In this document: in pieces, positions 50,664 to 59,621 of the stretch
Layout: the number at the start of each line of letters is the position of its first letter
How positions within the stretch are numbered: the first letter of the stretch is position 1
NCBI GenBank assembly: GCA_963759765.1
Contig: CAVXAL010000003.1
Coordinates: 423,804-487,803, forward strand
Reading direction: 5' to 3'
Origin: Candidatus Aminicenantes bacterium
GTDB taxonomy: Bacteria > Acidobacteriota > Aminicenantia > UBA2199
DNA length: 64,000 nucleotides
The notes under the pieces: model-generated
Told to the model about the DNA's origin: nothing
The model's database searches: none
Seen by the model: the letters and a program-made list of their open reading frames with translations, nothing else
Program-made: the position numbers and the translations under genes

Positions 50664-52958
50664 ATGAAGCGGCAAGTAAAATTCGTTGTCTTTTTTGCGT
50701 TTTTATTCTTCTTAACGCTGACGGCGTGGCCCCGTTCGGCCAACACCATCCAGGGGCAGGTTAAAGACATTTACGGCCGGGCTCTGGCCCGGGTGACCAT
50801 TGTGCTGCAGGAGACCGGCAGCCGTTATTATTCGGACGCGCAGGGGCGTTTTGCCGTGGCGCTGCCCGAGGGGGCGGCTCAGGCGCACCTCATCTTTGAA
50901 CACCCCGATTTTCACGCGGAAACCCGGGCTCTGGCGGAAGCCGACTTTGTCGCTTCTCTTGAGATTTTTCTCACGCCCCTGAAAATGATCAAGGAGGACG
51001 TGACGGTCGCCGCCCCGCGCCTGCAGGTGCTGCTGGCCGAAACCCCGGCCGCCGCTTCGGTGGTCGACCAGCAGACCATGCAGCAGATGCCGCGGGCCGT
51101 GGCCGCCGACGAGGCGCTGAAAACGGTTCCCGGCATCAAGGTGGACAACCAGGCCGACGGCGAGCGCGTGCACATCTCGATCCGCGGCCAGGGCATCCTG
51201 AGCGAGCGCGGCATCCGCGGCATCCAGGTGCTGCTCGACGGCATCCCGCTCAACGACCCGTCCGGCTTCGCCCCCGACCTCTTTGATGTGGATTGGACGA
51301 CGGTGGACAAGATCGACGTGCTGCGCGGCCCCATGGCTTTCCTTTACGGCGGCGGTTCTTCGGCCGGCCTGATCAACATCAGCACCCGCGACGGCGGCGC
51401 GCTGCCGGTCGCGGGGAACGTCTGGACTTCGGGCGGCTCGTATGGTTTCTGGAAGGGCCTGACCGAAGTGGGCGGCACCATCGGCAAGTTCAATTACCGG
51501 GTATCCGCCTCGCACAACAACGGTGACGGGTACCGCGACCACACCGCTTTCTGGTCCAACAACCTCTACGGCAAGTTCAATTTGAACGTTTCCGCTAAGT
51601 TCCGCCTGACCGCCATTGTGGCCGGAACCGGCTTTTTTAACGAAAATGCCGAGGGGTTGAACCTCACCTGGCTGAGCCAGAACCGGCGCCAGGCCAACCC
51701 CGATGCCAACACCTACAACGAGTTCCAGAAGACGCGGCGCGTCACCGCCGGCGTGCACGGCCAGTGGCTGCTTTCGGCCAACCAGCAGCTCAATTTCACT
51801 CTCTATGCGCGTAACACCCTTTACCTGGAATCGGTTCCCTCGTCGGTCCAGCACCGGAGGCTGACCGCGCCCGGAGGCCTGCTGCAGTACAGCCTGCAGC
51901 TCAGCCAGGGGAGCCTGCGCCACCATCTGAGCGCCGGCGTGGACCTGGGCAGCCAGGATATTTACGACTTTCGCCATCCCAACCTGGGAGGGGCAGTGGA
52001 GGGACCGGCTCTGGTCGCCGACCAGGATATTGGCCAGCGTCAGTACGGCCTGTATGCCATGGATCGCATCGAGTTCAGTCCCAACTGGTCGGCGCTGCTG
52101 GGCGTCCGCTACGACCATATCGGCAATGAATTGACCGATCATCTGCAGGCCGGCGGCCTGGACCTTTCGGGCAGCCGCGCCTTTAACCGCGCCACCGGCC
52201 GCGTCGGCCTGACCTGGAATCCCCGCAAGGATCTGGGCTTTTATGCCAGCTGGGGCCAGGGTTTCCTGCCGCCGGCCACCGAGGAGCTCTACGCCAATCC
52301 CGACGCGCTGGGCGGCTTCAACGCCTCTCTGGTGGCGGCCACCTCTTACGGCGAGGAGATCGGCGTGCGCGGCTACGTGCACGAACGTTTTTTCTACGAT
52401 GTGGCGCTGTTCCGCCTCGATACGCACAACGATTTCGAGCGCTACCGGGTCGCCCTGCGGCCCCTGGAAACCTTCTACCGCAACGCCGGCAACAGCAGGC
52501 GCTACGGCCTGGAAACCTCGCTGCGCTGGTTCCCGCTGGAGCCGCTCTCCTTCCTGCTGGCCTACACCTATTCCGATTTCACCTACACCAGCTACCAGAG
52601 CGTGACCTACGGGTCCGATCTGGCCGGCAAGCGGCTGCCCAATGCACCGATGCACCAGGCTTACCTGGATGCGGAATACCGCTTCAACCGCAACTGGTTT
52701 GCCGGTCTGAGTGGCGAATACCAGAGCCGCGCCTACATTGATGCCACCAACGCCACCTGGATTGACGGCTACGCGTTGCTCAACGCCCGCGTCGGCTTTC
52801 GCTGGCAGGGGCGCAGGTTCCATGGCGAGATTTTCCTGACCGGCAAAAATCTGACCAACACGGAGTATATCGCTTTTACTGAACCCGACCCCGATGGGAA
52901 CTCCTACCAGCCGGGGCCGACGCGGGAGTTTTTCGCCACCTTGCAGCTCAGCTTTTAA
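50664..52958 (+). CDS. TonB-dependent outer-membrane receptor (CarboxypepD_reg-like N-domain, plug, beta-barrel)
   Basis: 764 aa with a signal peptide and 'IQGQVKDIYGRALARVTIVL'. The plug region reads 'ALKTVPGIKVDNQADG...ISIRG'. The C-terminus is aromatic ('ATLQLSF'). Confidence 0.85.
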   Translation: MKRQVKFVVFFAFLFFLTLTAWPRSANTIQGQVKDIYGRALARVTIVLQETGSRYYSDAQGRFAVALPEGAAQAHLIFEHPDFHAETRALAEADFVASLEIFLTPLKMIKEDVTVAAPRLQVLLAETPAAASVVDQQTMQQMPRAVAADEALKTVPGIKVDNQADGERVHISIRGQGILSERGIRGIQVLLDGIPLNDPSGFAPDLFDVDWTTVDKIDVLRGPMAFLYGGGSSAGLINISTRDGGALPVAGNVWTSGGSYGFWKGLTEVGGTIGKFNYRVSASHNNGDGYRDHTAFWSNNLYGKFNLNVSAKFRLTAIVAGTGFFNENAEGLNLTWLSQNRRQANPDANTYNEFQKTRRVTAGVHGQWLLSANQQLNFTLYARNTLYLESVPSSVQHRRLTAPGGLLQYSLQLSQGSLRHHLSAGVDLGSQDIYDFRHPNLGGAVEGPALVADQDIGQRQYGLYAMDRIEFSPNWSALLGVRYDHIGNELTDHLQAGGLDLSGSRAFNRATGRVGLTWNPRKDLGFYASWGQGFLPPATEELYANPDALGGFNASLVAATSYGEEIGVRGYVHERFFYDVALFRLDTHNDFERYRVALRPLETFYRNAGNSRRYGLETSLRWFPLEPLSFLLAYTYSDFTYTSYQSVTYGSDLAGKRLPNAPMHQAYLDAEYRFNRNWFAGLSGEYQSRAYIDATNATWIDGYALLNARVGFRWQGRRFHGEIFLTGKNLTNTEYIAFTEPDPDGNSYQPGPTREFFATLQLSF

Positions 52959-53069
52959 CCGCGACTGGATTAACTGATAGCTAAATCCAATATCCGGAGA
53001 CCCTTTGCTGTTAAGGTTCCGCGTGTCTTCATTCACGGAAAAGAGCAATTTCTATTTTTTCCCGGTGGT

Positions 53070-55562
53070 TTATAACTTAATTTCCAGCTTTTTGAGCAGG
53101 TCGGTAAATGGAGCTTCGAGATAACGGGGAAGTTCTCCGCGGGAACGGACCTGCGCCAGGACCTTCATAATATCCACGAAATCCTCGCGGAAATTCTCGA
53201 GAATCGGCTTGAAGCGATCATCCCGCCGCAGGGGCTCCAAGCGTGGGTCGAGAGCGAGCGCATCGTAAATTGGAAAGAACCCCGCTTCCTGGTTGCGTTT
53301 AAGAATGTAGAGCGCCGTCTCCATTTTGCCTTGGCGCACTAGAAAAGGCAGGAGATTCAAACTGGCCATATTGAGTTCCATTGAACTAGTCTTGGGATCG
53401 TCAATTCTATTGAGAATCTTCGTCAGCAGAGGATCAGCTGCCTTAGAATCATGCTGTTGGAGCGCGAGCACATACTGTGCCCATAGAATCCATGGTGCAA
53501 ATGTGCTGCCTTTAGAAATTTGTTTCTCCGTCTTCCTGAGCGCATCAGCCGCTTCCGCTGTGCGACCCAAGTCGGCGAGTATGAAAGACTTAACCAACAA
53601 ACCAAACGCAAACCCAGGCTCGATGCCTAAAACTTGATCGACGTAAGGCAATCCTTCCGCCGACCGTCCTAGGGAATAAAGCGTCAACCCTATGCCGGCC
53701 TCGTCACCCAAAGCGAGTGCATCCAGCCGATAAGCTTCGTGATTCGCTTCTAGGGTTAGCACAATAGGAATCGGGGCGTTACTCAATGCATTGTGCGATC
53801 CAGGGCTGTAAGGATCAAAATAAACAGCTTTCAGAGCGTATTCCAAGGCTTTTTTTCTATCAGGATGAGGAGCAAACAATTCAGTACGTAACATTTCCGC
53901 CCAGCCGGAGCTGCATCGTGGATCGATCTCTATTGCCCGGCGTGCCCAAGATTCGGCTTCGGCCAGTGCCTCCTGAGCAGATCCTCCAAATAAGGCCTTA
54001 TCTATAAAAAGTTTAGCTATTTGTGCAGCGGCATCAGCCAGCCTGGGGTCCAGTTCCAGCGCGCGTTTCAGGCCGGAAAATGCGCGGTCGAAGTCCGCTT
54101 GCCGAAGGCGGAAGTTGTACTGCTTATAATAGTACTTGGCTTGTCGGAACAAAAGCTCGGCCTCCGAATTCGTAGCCAGCCCTGCTGTGGAACCCATTGG
54201 TTTTGAGTCCGGCAGAAGTTTCTGGCGAAGGTCCTCGGCTAACGCATGGACCATTTCAAGATAGTTGCCGCGGCGGCCTGGATACTCCTTGCTCCACAGG
54301 ATCCGCCGAGTCTTTGAATCGAGCAACTCGACGTTGAGCGTCATCTGATCCGACTCAGTCGTGACGAAAGGCTGGATGAAACGCTGCACCTGATAGAGCG
54401 CTGCGGCTTTGCCGAGATCGCCCCGGATGCTTTCAAATTCGGAATTGGTAATCGGCGCCTTTATCTCCAGACCTTCCACGTTCACGAGCAATGTGGAAAG
54501 GGAGCCGGGTATCGCCTCGCTCAGATATTCCGCGTCCTTGGCTCCATATACCTTGCACGGCAGGACCACGATGCTGTTGGCTGCGGTGAGTGAAACGTTG
54601 TCACTGCGCCAGGGCTTAAAAAGCAAGGCGGCGGCTAAAATAATTAAGACTATTCCGAATACTGCAAGCAGGCGCAGCCAGTGTGCGGCCGGTCGCTTTG
54701 AAATCCCCGGCTTCGCTGCGACTTCACCTGATTCGGTGTCGCGCTTCAGACGCTTCAAATCAACAAGTATATCTTTGGCCGACTGGTAGCGCTCTTCTCG
54801 GTTTTTCTCAAGGGCCTTCTGGATGATGCGCTCCAGCTCCATGGGAATCCCGCTCCTGAGTGCGGTCACGGGCTCCGGGTTCTCGTTCATGATAGCGTAC
54901 ATGATGGACTGGTCATATTCGCCCTTGAAAGGAAGCTGACCGCACAGCATCTCGTATAAAACCACTCCCATTGACCAAATATCGGTTCTCTGATCCACAT
55001 CCTTTCCCAGAGCCTGCTCAGGCGACATGTATGCCACAGTGCCCATGGTCGTTCCTTCCCGTGTCACCTTGGTCTGCCCTTTCAGCTTGGCCAGACCAAA
55101 ATCCATGATCTTGACCTGGCTCTTGTCCGTGAGCATGATGTTGGCGCTCTTGACATCGCGGTGCACGATCCCATTCTCATGGGCTAGCGCTAGCCCCTCC
55201 CCGATTTGAATTGCTGTATCAATCGCTTCGTTGAGGGGCAGAGGAGCGGCGTGCTTTTCGCTTTTGTATATTCTGTCCTTCAGCGTCCGGCCTTCCACGC
55301 AGTTCATGGCAATGAAGATCTGACCTTCGGCTTCCGCTATTTCAAAAACAGTGGCTATGTTGGGATGCTCCAGGCCGGCCGCGGCCCGGGCTTCGTGGAA
55401 AAAGCGGCCCTTGGCTTCCTCATCGCGGGAATATTCGGGAGGCAGAAATTTGAGTGCTACCAGCCGCTTGAGTGTGGTGTCTTCGGCCTTGTAGACCACT
55501 CCCATGCCGCCCTCGCCGAGCTTCTCGATGATATGGTAATGGGAAACGGTCTTGCCGATCAT
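53070..55562 (-). CDS. Ser/Thr protein kinase with a TM helix and an extracytoplasmic TPR-rich domain
   Basis: 830 aa with 'GEGGMGVVYKA', 'HRDVKSANIML', 'DFGLAK' and 'GTVAYMSPEQ'. The TM helix is 'LLAVFGIVLIILAAALLF', followed by long TPR-like helical repeats. Confidence 0.85.
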   Translation of the reverse strand: MIGKTVSHYHIIEKLGEGGMGVVYKAEDTTLKRLVALKFLPPEYSRDEEAKGRFFHEARAAAGLEHPNIATVFEIAEAEGQIFIAMNCVEGRTLKDRIYKSEKHAAPLPLNEAIDTAIQIGEGLALAHENGIVHRDVKSANIMLTDKSQVKIMDFGLAKLKGQTKVTREGTTMGTVAYMSPEQALGKDVDQRTDIWSMGVVLYEMLCGQLPFKGEYDQSIMYAIMNENPEPVTALRSGIPMELERIIQKALEKNREERYQSAKDILVDLKRLKRDTESGEVAAKPGISKRPAAHWLRLLAVFGIVLIILAAALLFKPWRSDNVSLTAANSIVVLPCKVYGAKDAEYLSEAIPGSLSTLLVNVEGLEIKAPITNSEFESIRGDLGKAAALYQVQRFIQPFVTTESDQMTLNVELLDSKTRRILWSKEYPGRRGNYLEMVHALAEDLRQKLLPDSKPMGSTAGLATNSEAELLFRQAKYYYKQYNFRLRQADFDRAFSGLKRALELDPRLADAAAQIAKLFIDKALFGGSAQEALAEAESWARRAIEIDPRCSSGWAEMLRTELFAPHPDRKKALEYALKAVYFDPYSPGSHNALSNAPIPIVLTLEANHEAYRLDALALGDEAGIGLTLYSLGRSAEGLPYVDQVLGIEPGFAFGLLVKSFILADLGRTAEAADALRKTEKQISKGSTFAPWILWAQYVLALQQHDSKAADPLLTKILNRIDDPKTSSMELNMASLNLLPFLVRQGKMETALYILKRNQEAGFFPIYDALALDPRLEPLRRDDRFKPILENFREDFVDIMKVLAQVRSRGELPRYLEAPFTDLLKKLEIKL

Positions 55563-55763
55563 GACTCGATTCCTTCGGCCAACTTTTTCTCCCGGGAGAT
55601 TGGGGCGCTGGTTTTCCCTCCCATGGCGGGCTCTCAGATAAACGAATTCTACTTGCCGGGGAGAATCAAGTCAAGGTGAAGAGCCGGTTCCTGTCTCTAT
55701 TGACATTCCAATACAACTCTCTTAATGTAATAAATTAAATGATTTCTTTTAGGAGGTGTGTGG

Positions 55764-58131
55764 ATGAGCACAAAAAATTTTTTTATCATGAAGGTTATGA
55801 GAGTGGGGCTTCTTCTTATCTGTCTGGCAATTTGTTTTTCGATGACAGGATGTTCATTGGAGAAGGTAGCCGGCTTCATGGCACCCAAGGTTGACAGCGT
55901 TCTTACAATGAAGGAAAGGCTTCCTGAACTTACACAGGGTCAGCCCAAACCAATCTGGCAGACGGCGATGAAAGCTCAGGAAACGGATTTCATTGAGTTC
56001 CTCTCAAAAGACCGTGTTCTGATTGGAACCATCGAAGCAGTAGGGCTCGCCTGGGAGCCCAAACAAAAAGAGATCATGCTGTTGAATGCCGTGAATGGAG
56101 AGATAGTTTGGGTCTCACCCCGTAACTCGTTCGGAAATCATCAGAAGCTCCTTCTCACGGCCCCAGTGATTCTCCTGCAGGGCGATAAAAAATGTGCTGC
56201 GATCAATCCCAAGGATGGCACTCTGATCTGGGAGCGACCCCCGGGAGATGTAAACTCTCTTATACTGCCCGATGGTGAACACATCGTTCTGTTTTCGCAA
56301 GGCAAATCCTCCGTTTCATTGAGCGCGGTGAATATGAAGGACGGCGGCGCAACCTGGAGTGCCTCAGTCGAGAATTTTAAAGAGGCGAAGGACATAGCAC
56401 TCGAGGCCAACACAGTAGGTGCGGCCGTGCTTCTTATCGGACCTGAGGTCGTTGCAATCTCGGGAAAGACCGGTCAACTCCTTTGGAGAAAGCCATTCCC
56501 CGGAACATTCGGGGAGACTGCCGCGACGATTGTGTTGGGAGAGGATCTGTACTTTACAGACGGCTCGTCGATCGCGAGAAGCGATCCCGCATCTGGAAGC
56601 ATTGTATGGCGAGAAGAGTTCCAGGGTAACATGGTTCGGAACATGACAGCAAGCGATAGCACCGTTTTTGTCATCTTGAGGGAAGCCGGAAAAGACAGCT
56701 CGCCGGATGCAATCCAGGCACTGGTCCGCAAAACTGGAAAACCGCTTTGGAAATACAATCTCCTCGAGCAGGTGCAGAGTGCGATAATGGTCGAGGCTCA
56801 ACGCATCTACTTGGCCACGGAGAGCAAATTAATCGCCGTAGACGCCTCAAGAGGATCAATTGTTTTCCAAGCAGCAATACCCCCGAATCTGCAAGCACCA
56901 AAACTGCTGCCTGACATGCTTCGCATTACCAATGACGGGATCGTCTTGGCAAGGGAAATCGGCGTGATGGCGGTGCAAAAAATGGATGGAAGGCTCCTGT
57001 ATGCCCAGTCCATCACAGACGGAGCACCCTTCACTTTCAACTACACTACGCACAACATGAACAACGCTTTCAAGAGCGTGACCCCTACCAATAAGCGGGA
57101 ACAGTTAAATATACAGAACACTGCAATGACTAACAATTTAATCTACCAAATGGTGCTATCCAACCAGCAATTCATGAATGCACAGCAAGCACAGCTCACA
57201 AGAATAGTTGCGCAGTATGACAAAATCGGAGCCATTAATATGCAGATGAAATATGAGAGACAGGCCGCAAATCTCGCACTGGTCGCTGCCGGCGTCAATG
57301 CTTTTGCAAGTTTCATGGGGGCAATTGGAACAGCGGCAATGGAGGAGTGGAGGATAGGCAGGGTGGCGGTTATGAAAGCGGAGGTGAACCAGTCACACCA
57401 GACCCATACGATATCATTGCAGAAGGACTTTTACATCAGACCGCGCTACGTGCAGGATCGCGGATGGTTTCTTTCACTAGTGAACCTAAAAACGGGGAAG
57501 CGTGCCGATATTCTCCTGTCGCCATACAATAAACCTCTGTCCCAGGCTGCTCCGAACCTGCCTGCGTTTTCCATCGATCCATCAGGCTCCCGGATCCTGT
57601 CCAAAGGACTCAGCCTCAATATTGATCAATCTGAAAAGTATCAAAAAGTGGCTAGCGGAAAAGAAAGTCAACGGACCGCCATATCAAACTGGAATATTCC
57701 CTATCCTTATATCCTCGCCTTTGATCTTACATCGCTTCGCTTTGGGCAGACATCCGAGAACCAAACGTTCTTGCCGAAACCAATTGATCCGGAAAAAAAG
57801 AAATTGAATGATCAGCTCATTAGCGCAGCTTTTGATAATAATCTTGATACAGTGAAGAAGATGCTGGATGCTGGAGCCGATGTAAACGCCGTTGACGAGT
57901 ACGGCCAGACCGCTCTGATGCTTGCAGCCGAATCCTTGAAGCTATATGGCAAGAATAAAATCGTCAAAATTCTTCTTGAACGAGGTGCGGACATTTCAAT
58001 CAAGGGATCCTAATGGATGGACAGCAGTTGACCATTTCGGCATCATGGGATTTGGAACCCAAAGTCCCGGCTCAGCCAAGGGTATGATATTACTTAAGAA
58101 TGCACAAAGAAAAGTAACACACAATCTCTAA
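55764..58131 (+). CDS. Lipoprotein with a PQQ-like (BamB-like) beta-propeller and C-terminal ankyrin repeats; one frameshift at the GGG run 58004-58006
   Basis: This is ORF 55758..58013 from ATG 55764, after AGGAGG at 55751-55756. The lipobox is 'FSMTGC'. The propeller blades recur as 'G..(I/L)W'. The ankyrin part reads 'LDAGADVNAVDEYGQTALMLAA...LLERGADISIK'. The repeat continues in ORF 57946..58131 ('DPNGWTAVDHF...'). Confidence 0.65.
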
Positions 58132-58355
58132 TAGTTTTTACTAGGATTTAGTAAATCTTGATGTCAGGGGTACCAATATATATAGATCCGCTCCCTTCAT
58201 CTTGTCCTAATAACTTCAGGTATAACATGACTGATTGAATTGCTTTAAGCCGTTTCCGCGCCTCCACGATTTCAGGCAGGCCCGGGGCGTCGGGCACCTG
58301 TTGGAGTGGTGTCGGCAATTCGAACGGAAAGTGTGGGATAGGAGAGGTGGGGATT

Positions 58356-59309
58356 TTATACGCCTTCTTTATTGACCGTGGGACGCGCCAACTGCAATAG
58401 CTTCTTGGCAATGTCGGCAGGCATTGGTGGAAGTTTATCGCTTTCCAATGCTAGAGCATCCAGGCATTCAAACTCGAACCATCGCTTCCCATCGGTGAAA
58501 TCCGCAAATTTTGCCGTTTTCTCTAGCGAATGGAATTCGTCCAAGACTTCTTTTTTGAGCCCCTTTAGCTTGTTCAGATGCGCGAAACGCAATACACCCC
58601 ATAGCACCTCGGCTCCTTCTGCGGCTACACCTATATCTTGAAGGAACTTAGCTGCATCGTGCGCCATATCCGAACCTATGCTGACTGCTTGTTGAAGTAG
58701 CGCAATGTCTTTCTTTTTCGGTTTCGTCCTGGCGGTTCTCACGAGACTAAAAATGGGGAGTACGGATTTAGTAAGGTTTGCAACCATGCAAGCAACATTA
58801 TATGTCATACCCATTCTAGTCTCGCTGGCCAAGTTGCTTAATGTATTAAGGAATTCTGTTCGTGATTCATATCCGTATCGAAAGTCGGTGTACGGATTGA
58901 GTAACTTGAGCAACTGTAATTTCTCGCCCCAATTCGCTTCCATCAAATCAGAATGTACCTTTCGGATTTCATGAACTGCGAGGGTTTCCAGCATTGCCTC
59001 ATGAGGAAGTTTACTTCTAACAGCCGTAGGGCTTGCGCGACGGAATCTGACCTGTTGTAGCCAATCGTCCCTAAACTTTCTAACCAGGCGGGGGGTAAGG
59101 GCATGACTAAGGCTGGATCGCTTATGGGCCTCGTCATGACATTCATGGCAGAGTACTGCGAGGTTCCGAAGGTTGTTGTTGCTAGGATCACTATTGATAT
59201 GATGAAGCACGAGTGACCTTCCCGGTTTTTGACAAATACAGCAAGTCCTATGGGTCTCAAAAAGCAGTTGCTCTTCGACGCGCGGAGGAATGCTCTGGCG
59301 TTTTCTCAT
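58356..59309 (-). CDS. HNH-nuclease-domain protein with an uncharacterised ~240-aa helical C-terminal domain
   Basis: 317 aa. The N-terminal HNH signature is 'CCICQKPGRSLVLHHINSDPSNNNLRNLAVLCHECHDEAH'. I recognise nothing in the remainder. The local sequence is AT-rich. Confidence 0.6.
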   Translation of the reverse strand: MRKRQSIPPRVEEQLLFETHRTCCICQKPGRSLVLHHINSDPSNNNLRNLAVLCHECHDEAHKRSSLSHALTPRLVRKFRDDWLQQVRFRRASPTAVRSKLPHEAMLETLAVHEIRKVHSDLMEANWGEKLQLLKLLNPYTDFRYGYESRTEFLNTLSNLASETRMGMTYNVACMVANLTKSVLPIFSLVRTARTKPKKKDIALLQQAVSIGSDMAHDAAKFLQDIGVAAEGAEVLWGVLRFAHLNKLKGLKKEVLDEFHSLEKTAKFADFTDGKRWFEFECLDALALESDKLPPMPADIAKKLLQLARPTVNKEGV

Positions 59310-59621
59310 GGCTACGGATTCCTATAGGAGTCCATCTAACTTGCCCCAATTTATTATACCATATGCAATGTTAGAGTTTGAGGCATGATTGCCTCTGGAG
59401 CGGAAGGTTGGCAAAATTTAATTGATAGCTGAATCCAAGATAGGGGAACCATTTTACCCAACTGCGGGAATCTGCTCGTTATTGACATAGCTCCTCGGCT
59501 GGATATATCATGACTCCGGAATCCCTGCAGAATCCGGCCCTATGGCCAAAACGCCATGACGGCACAGCCCCATGATCAAGCGGGCGGGAAAGTTGAAGCC
59601 GTGGCGAAAGGAGACACGCCG

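Noticed and set aside
50712-53048. Very long antisense ORFs: 778 aa here, and also 44132..45757, 60270..61958, 45916..47034, 48974..50581, 17209..18399, 22925..23866 and 23888..24844.
   Set aside because: They lie opposite genes with strong, recognisable domain content. Their translations are Arg/Gly/Ala/Pro-rich and low in complexity. Stop-free antisense frames like these are expected in GC-rich coding DNA, so I treat them as shadow ORFs, not genes.
58148-58411. An 87-aa ORF downstream of, and overlapping, the HNH gene, as a possible partner (immunity or antitoxin) gene.
   Set aside because: Its first 56 nt overlap the HNH coding end in another frame. It has no Shine-Dalgarno, and the only internal Met leaves 26 aa. 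There is no recognisable motif, so the support is insufficient.
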